A stretch of 62,260 nucleotides of DNA, counting the filler, from Choristocarpus tenellus KU-1152 (lineage: Eukaryota > Protista > Phaeophyceae), in NCBI GenBank assembly GCA_964200185.2. It is 8 parts of 8 records of this genome, joined end to end, with 100 filler letters (N's around TTAATTAATTAA, not from the genome) between each part and the next. Parts side by side here need not be neighbours in the genome. Positions count along the whole stretch, not along the records: positions 35,951 to 41,282 come from CAXNAD020011125.1; positions 41,383 to 54,849 come from CAXNAD020001485.1; 6 more parts are not named here. The stretch is one strand, 5' to 3'. Shown one piece after another: positions 40,580 through 54,109 of this stretch. How positions within the stretch are numbered: position 1 is the stretch's first letter; every line of letters begins with the position of its first letter. A program made the translations under genes and the position numbers. The notes under the pieces were generated by a model. The model worked only from the letters and a program-made list of their open reading frames with translations. It was not told the DNA's origin and made no database searches.

Positions 40580-41215
40580 TATTCTAAGCCATCTTTCTCA
40601 CTCCTGTCCAATACACTATTTTATTACTTATATTTACTCAATAGTGTACCGCAAAATTGATATTTCCCCTTTCTACGCACAGAATGAAACAGTAATTAAG
40701 CAGAGGCACTTCCTGCAATTGTACTAAAAATGGTGTATTTTTGTCCTTCCTTGAGATCCTTAAAATGGAACCCTTCCTACCTCTCATTTGGTTTGGCTCT
40801 ACATTAAATACAGCACTATAGTGGTCCTGCAGATCGAACGATTTACGAGCTGCTTCTATCTGTTCATCACCAAGCTCTACGTCTGTACCTTTCGTTGATG
40901 GATGGATGGGTAATTTTGATTTGGTGTGCAGACTTGCTTTCAATACGTATGCATGACATTAGATAGAGACAAGTAAAGATACTGAGTGCTCTAGTGAAGA
41001 CCCAAACCAACTTAGAGATAGGCAAGGTTGCACTCTAAGGGTCTCGAGAAAGGGTAAAAATACTCCAATTCATACAAACGCAGAAAACGCCTTTGCTGAA
41101 CTGTGGTGTCATTTTGTGTGTAGAGAGGGGGAATATCAATTTTGCATACAAAATTGTGCACATAGAGCAGCGAAATAGAGTGTATTGCACTGGGAAAGAA
41201 AGGTAGCTCAGAATA
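40580..41215. repeat. Old long inverted repeat (arms about 200 bp; about 40580-40775 and 41025-41215)
   Basis: gcaaaattgatatttcccctttctacgcacagaatga pairs with tcattttgtgtgtagagagggggaatatcaattttgc, and the flanks stay collinear. Confidence 0.75.
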
Positions 41216-41382
41216 TGTGTCAGGGGGCGTCCGTTTCGGCCAAAACCCCCTTTTTTTTGCTGAAATTTCAAATCCGACAGATNNNNNNNNNNNNNNNNNN
41301 NNNNNNNNNNNNNNNNNNNNNNNNNNTTAATTAATTAANNNNNNNNNNNNNNNNNNNNNNNNNNNNNNNNNNNNNNNNNNNN

Positions 41383-44059
41383 CTTCGACTTGATTTTATG
41401 ACTGATATGTACCCCCCCCAAGTGACGGAGAGGGGGGCCTTGTCGACAGCACGAAGCGCTGGAGCCTCCATTGCAGGGAAGTTGAGTACTGCAGCGGCAG
41501 GATTTGGGGTGGGTTTTGGTAAAAGGGAAACCTCTGGGGGAGCTACATCAGCGGTGGCATTCGCTCAGCACAGGAGTAATCAGCGTGCAGATGCCCTGGT
41601 CGAGGCGGTGACTACAGAGATATGTCGGATAGGCGCTATTCCTAAGGATCAGGTTGTGCGCCCCGCTGGTGATGATGGACGGGACGAGGAAGGGTTAAGT
41701 GGAGAAGAGGGGAAGACCTTACCAAAGCTAGAATTGGTGCGATATACAGATGGAGATGCATGGGAAAATGATGCTGGATTTAATCGTGCCGACGCCCCCC
41801 AAAATGAAAACCCTACTGGTGATGAGGATGGGGCGTCCACACGAGTGAAGTTAATCGAGGTGTGTCCCTGATGTGCTGGACTAATTTCATTTCTGCTATT
41901 ACTATGTTGTTACCGCCAGAAGTCTTATTGTATTCGATGCACTTCCTATAAATATCCTCGTGGGTTGAAGGGAATCATTTCTCTTCGAAGGAAGAACGTC
42001 GTTACTACAAAGGAGATCCACACTTCACAACTTTCCCCACAACATTTCCCTCAACTGTTTCAATTTGTTACCAGCCTCAATCCAAACACACTATCTTCTC
42101 TATATTTCTCTCTCTCATTTCACCAGCATGTAAAGTTTGACCTACAATATGTGGAGTGCTTGTGTGCCCGTGCTCGGGAGGCAAGTCGCCAGGATGCTCA
42201 TGAGACATGGCTTCCACTTGAGAACACCATGCGTGGTCTGTGAGTTTTCTTCAGTGTTTTTCCATTCTACTGTAGGTACTTCCTTTCATCTGTCTCTTTG
42301 GCAGCATTCCTCAAAGAGCTGTGCTTACATGCAAGGGGACCAACATGTTTGGTAGGTGGAAACAATATTTTAGAATTTGCCTGCACTGTTCCTGCGTTGG
42401 TAGTAGTCTCATTAATAGGTACCTATCTTTCAGAATCTTGTGATTGCTGTATTTTTTAACAACACTTGATTTTCAGTCAAGACCTAAGAAAAATTGTTGG
42501 TGAAGCGCAGCCCCAAGTTGCTCAACCGGATAATGCCCTCATTACCTCTCACACCAACAATATCAGAGAAAAGGGAAACTCCTCACTGCGCCACCTATTG
42601 GAGCCAAGGTTTCGAGCAGCAGGAGTGCACCCACCTTCCCCTCCCCGGTGGGTTGACAATTCTGTGGAGAAGTGCAGGCTTGGGTTAGAAACAGAGCCTG
42701 CACCAGGAGAGACTGAGACCCTTCTTGGTTCTAGTCCCTTCTTTGTAGTTGAGGATGGCTGGGTTAAGGCAACTATTGGAGTTGGAGTGCAAGATACAGA
42801 TTCAGAACACTCCCCAGCTGGCGTGTCATCTATCTCCCTTTCGGCAGCACCAGTCTTCACCACTGATACCAGCTTCCAGTCTTCTTTGACTTACAGTACA
42901 GTGACAAGAGTCGCATGTCATCTGACTGAGGTCATTTCAAGAGCATGTGAGGCAAAGTCAGAGCAATCCACAAAGGACCGAATGCGCGTGGCCCAGGAGT
43001 ATGTAGGCGAACTAGAAGCATACCGCTCAAGGTTGGTGGGGAATTTGGCAATGTCCCAGGTGCCTAATGGGGGAAGTGGAGAGCTGGAGCGCTCCTTCGG
43101 AACAGTGACAGAGGCTTTGCTCTACAGTGCTCCAGCAGCTTTGGGCAAGAAACCGGGTCGGATCTATGTGACACGTAGCACTCTGTGGTTCCACTCAAAG
43201 GTGAGTCTTGAGTGCTGGGATAAATGTTTGGTGGATAACAGAAGGGACAGGCAATCACCCAACTCCCACCATTGAAAACACTGTTGAAGCTTTGGTTGAT
43301 ATAGATATATATATACGGTTCGTATTGCTTCCTTTGTGCAATGGTGATACTGAACTTCCCGAGATTAACAATAAGTAGAGTTACGGAATTTTTTTTTTTT
43401 TTTGAACTGTAACCAATTTTGGCAACGTGACAATTCCAAAAATGAGGCCATGATCAAGACATTGTGTTCTACGCTGAACAAATACGGTTGGAACTGAGTG
43501 AATGATAACCAATATAGAGAGGGTGGGACAATGCTTTGGGTTGTCTCACGTAATCTGTCGATCATGACGGTGGCAAGCACCTCAAGGTACTATTTCATAT
43601 AATTTGCAGCTGGATTGTGTGTAGAGAAACTCCATCCCTATTCTCTAGTAGAGGACCCCAAACCACCTATCTTGGCGCACCATTCATGAAGGTCTAGTTA
43701 GCTGTAATATGTGTCAGTTGTTGTGCCAACAACCAGGCTAGTACAGCAGTGTAGTTGCGCTTTGAGGTGTCTACAGTGGATCTCATTTAGATGATGCTAT
43801 ACTGCCATTGCTGCAACTGTTTCTCCTTGCCAAGGTGCTCAACTTTGAGTCCAGATACATCCTTCAAATGTCAGATATTTCCAAGGTTGAAGTTCTATGC
43901 ACAGCCATGGACATTTCAGCGAGCCTTCTCTTGGTAACTGCTGCAAGGGAGGAAGTCATGTTCATCTTCCCGGGGCAGGGCAAAGCCACCCTTGAACCTC
44001 TGGAGCTCCTTATCCATCAACTGCTGACTCTTGTACCGTGTGAACAGCCTTCTAAATAG
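41383..44059 (+). CDS. Multi-exon protein with a C-terminal GRAM (PH-like) domain; 5' end cut by the gap
   Basis: Exons approximately 41422-41860, 42127-42235, 42477-43200 and 43835-44059; PGRIYVTRSTLWFHSK|VLNFESRYILQMSDISKVE. Confidence 0.7.
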
Positions 44060-44438
44060 GCGTGGAAATTTACTTTGTTTTACTCGTAGCTTGTAGGCTC
44101 TCATGGTTCTGGTTCCCATGCTCTATTTTCTTGGTGTTTCTTGTCCAATAGAGATAAATTAGAATGTGGGTGATTCCAAGCTGTGGAAAGCCTGTAATTG
44201 CAGCACAGGCGCATTTTTTCTTGTCTCCCACCTCTCACAAAGTCACAAGTATTTTATTCAAAAATATCCTACACTCCTGCAGCCAGGTGCTGTAATATTT
44301 CTTACCCTATTGATGGAAAACTTCCATAGAGCAATATCCTTCTATTTTTGCGTCTCGAAAGGTCCTGTAGATTCTTGAAAACAGATAAAACATTTGTAGT
44401 AGTCGTGCGTTGCATCCATAGGTGCCCCTCAGCTCTTA

Positions 44439-47400
44439 TCACCTCACAGTAGAGCCAACAAGAGAGGGATTCTTGTTTTTGTGCCTCTTATTGACAGGCT
44501 CAAAGTCTTCACTGTCATCATCTAGCATACTCACATCTTCCTTCAGTGACGAAAGTTCACAAGCCTCCTGAACCAGGCCCTGATCTTCCTCATCACTTCC
44601 ACACAAATCCACAATGTCATCATGTGCAGAGTCCCCCCCCCCATTTTTCTTTTCCTTGGATGCCTGCCATTTCTTCTTGCCCGCTGCAGTCCTGATAGTT
44701 GAACCCTGTTCCCTAGCTTTGATGCTCTTTTTGGCTTTTGCACTCCCCAAGACTTCTGAATCTTTTCTCTTATCCCCCCAGGCTCCTGTACTTGGCTTGG
44801 ACCTTTTCCCAGCGCTCCCGCTACCCCCAACCGCTTTAGATACCTCCACTGCAAGCATGTCAACAAGGACCTTGAGGCTCCCACGTTCCACCATGTGTGC
44901 ACGGGGTCCTGCAATAACATAGTGGACTACAGAATAAGCTGTGTAGTGAAAGTCATCTCCAAGCACACCCAACCCAAGAAGGTGGTTCACGAGACGTTCA
45001 CAGCTAGATCGGGATAACCCTGGGCCAGGTCGCTGTCCCTCTCCCACAACATCTACAGGCATTAGCTTGCTGCCACGCTTTGCACGCCAGGTCTCCACAA
45101 GTTGGCGAGGTGTCGCACGTACCTCTTTTGCAGACAGGTGTCGTACTATCCTGTCAGAGATAGATTGGGGATGTATGGACAGTTCTTGTGCGCTGATGAA
45201 GGGACTTGGGTGTGGGGGCACGTGTGCAGTAGAATAGAACAAAGGTGCCTACTGAAATTTTGGGCATCCATATGCCTCAACAAGACCTGACCTACGCCCT
45301 TGTGATGGGGGCCAGCTTGACCTTACTCCCTACCATATCCTTACCTTGGGCTTGCTTTCTTTTCAACGTTCAAAGAGCTAAGTTGAATGTTTTGTGCCGG
45401 TTCTACCGCTATGACATGTCCATTCATGCATACATGCTGTATCGAGTGTTGATGGCCCCAGGCGCTTGAGTGTACATGAAATCAATTTCTTGTATAGCTC
45501 ACCTGACAAGAGTCTGTGCGTATTGTGTAGCATCTACTGGTTCACATGTTGCAACATCTCCGGAGCACACATCACAGCCCTCATTGCACATCCCTGGACA
45601 TGCTTGCTCCCCAAGGGCCTCGGCAATCATCTTACGGCGACAGGTGGTGCTTGCCTGCAGCAGAGTTCAGGGCCAAGTGGGAGAGGATTGAGCCAGGACA
45701 ATCATGGAACCATGTCTCGGATCATATAATCGCATCCACTACCTCAAAAGTCGAAAGCACCCGTAACTTTTCCCACTGTCATCGCAGTAACATGCACAAA
45801 GGAGTTTTCTTTCTCTTCAAAATACGCAACAATGCACAGCTTAGGTACACAGTACACCTGGCAGTAGGTGACCATCCGGTATAAAGTACGCAGCGGTTGA
45901 CTACCCTGGTCCTGGCAAGAGAGTGTGGCCTGACGGGAGGCATCAGATGGCTTGTAGAAGACCACACATCGGCTGGGTTTCCCATCTCTACCTGCCCTCC
46001 CACTCTCTTGGTAGTAGTTCTCAATACTCTTGCTGAGGGAAAAGTGTATCACAAAGCGAACCTACAAGGTAAGGTCAAGGAGGCGGGGCAGTGATTTGTG
46101 CAGGGTGCAGCAAAGGATGGGACATTAGACTGTAAGTTTTGTATCTTGTGTTGTAGGCAAAGGATGCAAAGGCACCTATACCTATATGTACTAGTACCAC
46201 TCTGTATATAGCTTGTTTGGTCAGTCAGTCATGTATATGCAATCCCTAAAATATTATTGGGAGTCCAAAGACCAAGTGGGCATCCTGCCAGAGGTCAAGA
46301 AAATCTGTCCAATGAAGAATAAATAGCCCCATACCTCCAGGTGGTTAATCCCCATGCCAAAAGCTATTGTGGCCACCACTACATCCACCCTGCCTTCCAT
46401 CCACGCCTGCTGTACCTCACTACGGTCCCATTCCTTCAAGGGCAAGTGAAAGGTTGTCAACAAAGGACAAACGGAAGCTACGGAGGTGGGGTAGTTGTCA
46501 GTCAAATAGTTTTCATATTTCGAGTAAGGGCACATTTCCCTGTAGTGCTCACATTGCAATTCCTCGACTTGATCCGTTCCTGGAACCTTGCAACATGAGT
46601 GAAAGTTACAGAATAGTATGCAATCTTCACAAACAAGTCCCTTACTGTAAATGCTACAGAGTACGTCACTTAAAAAAAAAAAAGCCACATAAAGAATTTA
46701 TCTCATCATGCTGAGGAATGTAACAACTTGGCATGTATATGAAGCGAGACTAACAAACATTTTGACAGGGTACATGGCACATGATAAGAAGACAAGACAC
46801 CTCAAACTACTCGAGTGCTATGGCATATCTTGCCTCCTGCCCTGCATGGTAGTGTGCTGCTCGGATGCCTGTCTCCTTGAGTCCTGCAGCCACATCAAAG
46901 GCATCCTTCCTCGAGAATGTATAGACAATACCTGCCTTGTGTGGGTAGTTTTTCTGGATGAAGGATGCAAGCATGCTCACCGCATCCTTGGTTGCCTCTG
47001 GCTTCTCCATCACCTCATACCAGAGATTGGGGCGGTTGAAAGAACCCTTGAAACAGACCACGTCGGTGGGGTTCAAGTTCAGAATCTTCATCACCTACGC
47101 AGGTGTGGAGGAAAAAAATATATAAGGTTCACATCGCAGGGAATACCTGTCGAATGCAAAGCCAAGTCCCAGATCTTTCCATATATATGCCGTTTTACAG
47201 CAGGATTTACAAATTCCAAAGCATTGCAGAGTAGAAATTGGGTTGGTCGAGTGTCAAGAAAAGTGAGCAAAAGAAGAGTAGATGGCACCAAAAGCCACTC
47301 ACATCTTGGCGAAGGAAGTCTGTGCATGTTGCAGTCACTGCAAGTACTGGTACATGACCATACTGTCTTTTTAGGATCCCCAGTTTGCAGTACTCCGGTC

Positions 47401-49342
47401 GAAAGTCATGACCCCACTGCAGCAATAAAAAAGGGGTACAACTGACATGTTTGAGAGACCTCAGCAATGATTTTCCACAACAATGCACAAGTGTTTTCAA
47501 AGAGGAAAGAGGTGTATGTGGAGGAGGCTTACTAGCGATGAAACCTCACATTGATTATTGATAGTATTTCAATAATACAACCAGCAATAAGAACTGATAA
47601 CAACGACTTCGGGTTAAAGTTAGTTCTCCCTGGAAGCGAACCATATTTTTTTTTCTTATGCAGCAATTTGACCTGACTTCCATTACCCACCTCATTCTCA
47701 AGCCACTCTAGAGTTCTACCATAACACACCTGAGAACAGCAGTGTGCTTCATCTATGACAATCCTTGTCAGCATTCCTTTCTTGGCTGTCGCGTCCAGCG
47801 CTGCCATGAAGAGCTTGGATTTGCTTACCTGGAGAAAAAAACGGGCAAGGTCTTGGTAAATGTATATTAGATGTTGCGTAAAATCTCCATAGTTATGTAG
47901 GCAGTTTGAAACAGGAACAGTTAGTATATTGAGCCATAGAATCCTAGGGAGATATCAATTGAGACCCTTCTGAGCATATTGGGCTTAAAAAAGCTTCAGC
48001 CTAACAACCCCATTGCCATGTCCGAAATGTAGCTATCCCCCAGTAGGAGACTATAGTTGTAAAAGAGGAGAAAAAATCTTCCACGCAGTCAAGGAACTCC
48101 ACCTCAATGGTACCCTACTATGGCTTGTCCTGCAGCTGGAACAACCACTCTCCACCACGTAACTATAGGGGAATCTATGTTTTAGGAAAAAATGTATGTT
48201 GCAGGAGAGTGTTTTGCTGACCTTTTCGGGTGTTACGAACACCATCATGAGTTTGTTGTCAAAATCCTTCCTGGTGGCTTCACCCCTCATTCGACGGTAC
48301 ACTTCATGGGTCTCGCTCTTGTCCATTCCTCCCGATAACATGGAGGCTGAGCCTGGCACGAGCTTGTTGAGGAACCGATTCTGGTCCTCGATCAGTGACA
48401 GCAAGGGTGAGACCACTTTGAGGTGGCATTGTCATCGAGGTGCGGGGCCATGGGAGATACGTGATCAGAATTGGACCAAGAAGTACCAAGTTTGTTCTTG
48501 CCTTCACCAAAATGAGTAGTTGAGGTCACCTCTCCAGTAATTGCACCCGTCAAGTTTCTACCTTGACAATCTGTATTTGCTTGTGAACAAGTAAAACGTA
48601 AGGCCACCGGGGGAATGGATAGCAAGGCTCACCAAGCGTAATACCACCCTTGACCAGAGCAGGCAGTTGATAGCACAAGCTCTTGCCCCCGCCAGTGCGC
48701 ATGACTACAAAGACATCGCGGCCCGACATTGTGGCATTCACAATTTCCTTTTGGTTTGGACGCCAGTCCTTGATATCAAAAGTTCCATTCAGTATAGATT
48801 TGGTAGACTCCGACCACTCGAAGTTGTCTGCAGACCAATCTAGCTGTTGAAGTACGCCTGCAGTGCGTGACCCGTTGAGCGCAAGTAGCACATTGGAAAC
48901 AAGACGAATCCACAAAAAATATACATTATAAAAGGTGAGGAGGGTGGGGATACTGATGTACTGCCTTCAATTTGATCGATATTTCCGCATCGGCCAGATA
49001 ATCATGATGAACATGCTTCGATCAAATGACTGTCTGAACAAAGCAGATCGGAGTTTTTCGGGGGCGGTGTGGACGAAAGGCAGCATGAAGGTGGCACTCA
49101 CATCTTTTCTTTCTAGCCCTCAGCTCGTTCTCCAGTTCATCTCTTCGTCGCGAGAGGTTGCCTTGGTACAATAGCAATTCTGAGAGACGCTTCTTCGTTA
49201 GGTTCACCTCTTGTAGTACTTCCTCCAGCTCCTTCTCCAGCAACGAACTTGGTCGACCAGCTGTCGAGGTGTTCGCGTTATCGACCACAACTCCGCCACT
49301 CTTTACCACATCACCATCTATAGTTGACATAGTTTCGAGCAT
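44439..49342 (-). CDS. RECQL: RecQ-family DNA helicase, RECQ1-like (about 11 exons)
   Basis: [24 protein letters not shown]|[32 protein letters not shown], Cys-rich RQC segment and N-terminal coiled coil. Confidence 0.93.
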
Positions 49343-49899
49343 TCAGAGGATCAGAAATCCAATAATGCCGTACCGATTCCAAGGTCTTGGCTGACTATCA
49401 TGTAAGTTCTGTCTGAATTGAGCTTGAACCAATAACCCACTTGTGCGTCGATGTAGGTAGGGATCTACGTGCCTGTTATGCTAAGCCTGTGGACCGGGCG
49501 TTGAACAGGGCTATACTACGTAGTAGACGAATAGAGAAATTAGACATGGTTATTGGTAAGTTGGTCTACACTTTTGGTGTGTATTACAAGGCTCCTCCCA
49601 AGTCTTCCATCAGTTCACCTCTAACATTATTACTATATAAATAGAGTTTTCGTTCATCCTTGGTTTTAAGGTGGTGGCTACCCACATAACATTTACAAGG
49701 TTCGAATCCCTTCGACGACAGGTCTCTTTCACAGAAATGTTGTTTCGATTGTATCATTCCACTTGGCAACCTCAAAGGATTGTACATCTCTCTACTATAA
49801 TGGGAATTTCACTTTGGGGACCAGGATGGCTTCTGCCAACACCTGAAATGTTTCACTGTTGAGAGAACCAGAGAGAGTGCCCCTCAGCACATCTTTGAC

Positions 49900-50230
49900 G
49901 AGTCTAGATAGTTAGTAAGGGACCAAGCACACGTCATGGAATGGTGGAGGAGTTTCTTCACAGTACTACTCCTTAACATAAAGTCGGATGATTTCAGCCC
50001 CTATAGTGCCGAACTCCTCGATCAACGACCCACATGCATGGTCCTCACTAATACACCAGCAATGATAGAGGTGACTAACGCACTCTTGGCCATGGGAAAT
50101 GGGATGGCGATGGGGCCTGACAAGCTTATAGTTGAGCTTTTAAAACTTGACCTGCAGGAGGATATGGCTATCCTCCAGGGTTTCCATAATATTGTGATGA
50201 ATCATCTACAGTCCTCGAAACGGCAGTATC
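49900..50230 (+). pseudogene. Non-LTR (LINE, RTE-like) ORF2 fragment
   Basis: EVTNALLAMGNGMAMGPDKLIVELLK matches the conserved pre-RT KAxGPD motif. Confidence 0.75.
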
Positions 50231-51230
50231 TAGGGATTTAAGCACAGTATTAATAGTAGTGCTATCATCTTTTTTTAATTGCCCTTCAAGCTCTAGAGCT
50301 GTAACCCTAGGAAATTAATATTCATAACGAACGTTGTTGGCATCATTGGGGAATGTATTATTCACTACTTGCTCCAGTCATGAGTATAGTCCCCACTCCT
50401 GCAGGCACATGTGGGGCTGTAACATGGTTTGCCAGGACCAAGTTGATGTTATCTACGTTGCTCAAGTTTCCCAATCCTATTCACAACATGCGTATGGGCA
50501 TGGCAACAGACACCAATTAGTCATTGAGCCTATTCATGCCCAATACCAGTACACCAATCACACCTCAAATCTGAAGTCTGTCCTGAACCCCCTCCTTACC
50601 TAACGTCTACCCTTCCCCCCCAGTTCGAGAGAAGTGGAGATGAATTTTGGTCTAGGGTGTCCCCGAGAGTCGACAAAACCATGAAGGGTGACTCCAGGAC
50701 GTCCCAAGGAGTCAACAACAGTCTCATGTGGTGAGCTGGGTTTTTTCTATGGAATGAAGAGGCAAGGTAGGACCTCTATGTTACAAAACGCTCCACAGCT
50801 TACCTTAAAGGGATGTGTAGCTCCAACCCTTGGTCCTGTAGGCTGATGATGAGGCTCGCAGATGGCACGATATTGGGAATATAATCAAATAGGCTGCAAC
50901 TCTCACCGATCATTCCCTTTATTTATACTTTGCGGTATATAGAAAAAACTGAACAAGGCACAGGCTATGTATGGTCTCACTGAGGGTAAAGAGTAAATAA
51001 ATAGTCAAGGAGCACAGCATATATAATCTAGGACTTCAGGCTTACGTCATTTTTGAAATCGACATTAAGACCCATCGCCTGTGACAATGCTGCACCACCG
51101 CTCTTGAATCTGTTCACAGCCCAAGAAGTCTCGTCCTGCACTGGATCTGGTGATCCCTTATCTGAACTCTATTCCCTTCTGGTACTCTCATCTCGGCCAA
51201 GGAGACATCACACCATTGCAGGAACCACAG

Positions 51231-54109
51231 TTAATGAAGTAGAATACGGAGGAGTTAGAAATAGGAAGCATTGTAGAAAGTAATCTGTGTTTAGTTTGAT
51301 TGGTGATTCACAGAATAGGATTGTTTTGGTGGCAAGGACGGTTCCCCCCATTTGGGCTTGAAAAGTTCACACCTCCTTTCTGAGTGAAAATATCTTAGAG
51401 GGTACGAGTTTTTCCATGTTTGCCCGTTTGGGGCTTGGCTTCCCACGAGTTTTTTATGACATTTTCCTATTCTGAAATGTTTCTGAGTAGGTAAAATATA
51501 TACTCTATTATGAAAAGGTGTGTCTGCTACAAGGATATTGACACTTCCTAACAAATAATACGCTACCCAAAATTACATCAGTATCGCAACATTGGATTTT
51601 GACCCCCAAACGGACTCGGCTTTACCCTATAAGATACTTTGACTCTTCTCCTTCCTTACTTCATCTACAACCTGTCCAACCCTTCAAGGAACTAATTAAG
51701 TCATTTATATACACAAGTCTTGGGAACATCAGTTTCCAAGCTAGCGTGAATTGATTGGAGTAGGAGTCCCGATCGAGGTGGCCATCGGTAACAGCAGACG
51801 TGCTCCGAGAAGATGAAATATAGAGAGATGACACCAGCAACAGCAGTTGAAGATGGTGGGGTGGAAGTTGAGTCAGAGTTCGAGGATGAAGAGACGAAGA
51901 CGCGGATACCAGAACCGCGCACCGTACAAGGACTGCAGGATAGGGTCTGTGCAGACTCATCCCACTCCCATCAAAGTTTGAAGCGTGCAACGGCGATGAC
52001 GATGGCGAAAGATATCTAAAGTATGAGATAACCTTTCGTGTGTTTCCATGGGTGGATAGAAGGATGTTCTTCCGACTGAAGGTCACATTAGAGTGGGCTT
52101 TGTCATGTTTATTAAAACAAGATGGACCGAGAGAGAGAGATCCAAAGAGTCAGCATGGCTATGGCAGCTTTGGCGACGGGTTTAGGTGGACTTGCTAAGC
52201 AAATGGCTGATAATTATGACAGTCCTTCCGAAGCCTTCCAATCTGTGAGGAATCATTTTGCTCGGAATGGGATTACCAAAAGAGCAATCATGTAGTCCAA
52301 GTTAAATGATCTTCATCTACCTGTGGGGGAAGATCCGACCATGATCATTATGGAGCTGAACAAGCTGGTCAAGAAGATGAGGTCGATCGATGAGGAGCCT
52401 AGCGAGAAGGCCCAACTTAGCTCAATGCATAATCGCCTTTCTGAGGAGTATTTTGTTGATATTCGACATGTTACTGGGAGAGGACGTGCAGCCAGGCTCG
52501 ATCTTCAAAGATAAGTCTGTGAGACCTATCGCATGCGCAAACGCCAACAAGAATTGCGGGTGTAGAGCAAGGGCGGGGCACTGACGGTAGTTAGAGCTCG
52601 TATGAGAGGCGGAACTCCAGGGTGTCGAAAGAATCGACAATCAGGAGGACGTGTGGAGTGCTGGCTGTGTGGTGGACCATATTTTCAATCTTCTTACAAA
52701 GTGCTTGTTGTGTTTGTGGAGTGACAGGGCACAAGGCTTACTACTGTCGTAAACTCGCTGGAGCTGTTGGAGTGAATGTAGAAGGATTGATAATTCTGGA
52801 CCAAACCCCAGAAAGAAGGGGAAGGATGGTAAAGGAAAGGGGAGAGGCGATGCTAACAACACTGGTGAAGCTGGTGACGGAGAATACAAAGCGAGTGGTA
52901 CACCAGTACAGCTTGGTGGATTCTAGCAATGATGGGGGTCTTGTGGAATTGGTGGAACTTTGTTTTTTTGACTGTGGGTGTTCGGGACACATGAAAAATA
53001 GTCCTACTGCTCTGATACATCCAAAACACGTTTATGAGGGAATGGGCATACACAGCAGACAGGCAAATGTCCAGTTTGCTTACCCATTAAATAGGCACAA
53101 GGTTTTTGACCGAGGCAGATGCATGGAAAAGGGAGAGAATGGTATATGTTACGTACTAGAGAGCATATCATTACTTTTGGAGATTTTAGATTGTATGGGA
53201 ATGGACCGAGGGATCAGCTTATTGGCTATACAGATGCTGATTATGTGATCTGCAGGGAGAGTATATTGTCTGTTCCTGGTGGTATTGTGATGTTTGGGGG
53301 AGGATTTTTTGACTGATGGTCTAGGAGGCAGAAGATGGTTAGACTATCTATATCTACTGCTGAGGCTGAGTATGTTGCACTGTGTGAGTTGGGGAAAGAG
53401 GTTATGTTCCTTAAGCAGGTGCACATGTTCATGCAACCACCTCGTAAGGAGTACTCTGTGTCAGTGCTTGAGGATAATGATGGTGTAGTTAAGATTGCTC
53501 AGAAGGCAGTGTCTGGAGGTAGAACGAAACACATAGATATACAGTACCACTATGTACGCCAATTGGAGAGGGAAGGAAATATTGCATTTGGATATTTGCC
53601 AACGGAGTTCCACCATGCTGATCCTTTTACAAGGGGTTTTTAAGGGATCATTCAATAGGCATTCCAGTCCTATCATGCGTAGAGTGAAGTGGGACTGATT
53701 TCTTTTGTGTTGATGATATGCTCAAGAGTGATTGAGATGTTATTTTTTTACTAGAAGTTCAAAGCATGGGTATGTGCCAAGAATACGCTTTTATTCACGT
53801 GTAAAAGTAGATTATGTAAGAAACAATCTAAGGATGGAAGAGGTCTTGTTTGCGTTCTGAAGAATAGAAGATAGATATGGTTTAATGAAGTAGAATATGG
53901 AAGAGTTCAGGAAAATAACACGTTGTAGCAAGTAAGTTGTGATTAGATTGATTAGTGATTCACGTAATAGGATTGATTTGGTGGCAAGGACGCCCCTCCC
54001 CTTTGGGCTTGAAATCTCACTCCTCCTTTTTCCTTCCTTACTTCATCTACAACCTGTCCAACCCATTAAGGAACTAATCAAGTCATTATATACACAAGTC
54101 TTGGGAACA
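51231..54109 (+). mobile_element. Internally deleted Ty1/Copia element with two diverged LTRs (51231-51728 and 53882-54109)
   Basis: Direct repeats ending in tgggaaca; gag (GEDP...LSEEY), CCVCGVTGHKAYYC knuckle, FFDCGCSGHM protease, then a jump to GYTDADY/STAEAEY/RTKHIDI RNase H. Confidence 0.92.
51382..51645 (-). mobile_element. MITE family A, copy 7, inserted in the Copia 5' LTR
   Basis: GAGTG...GACTC termini; TSD ttct/ttct; the partner LTR at about 54020-54040 is the empty site. Confidence 0.96.
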
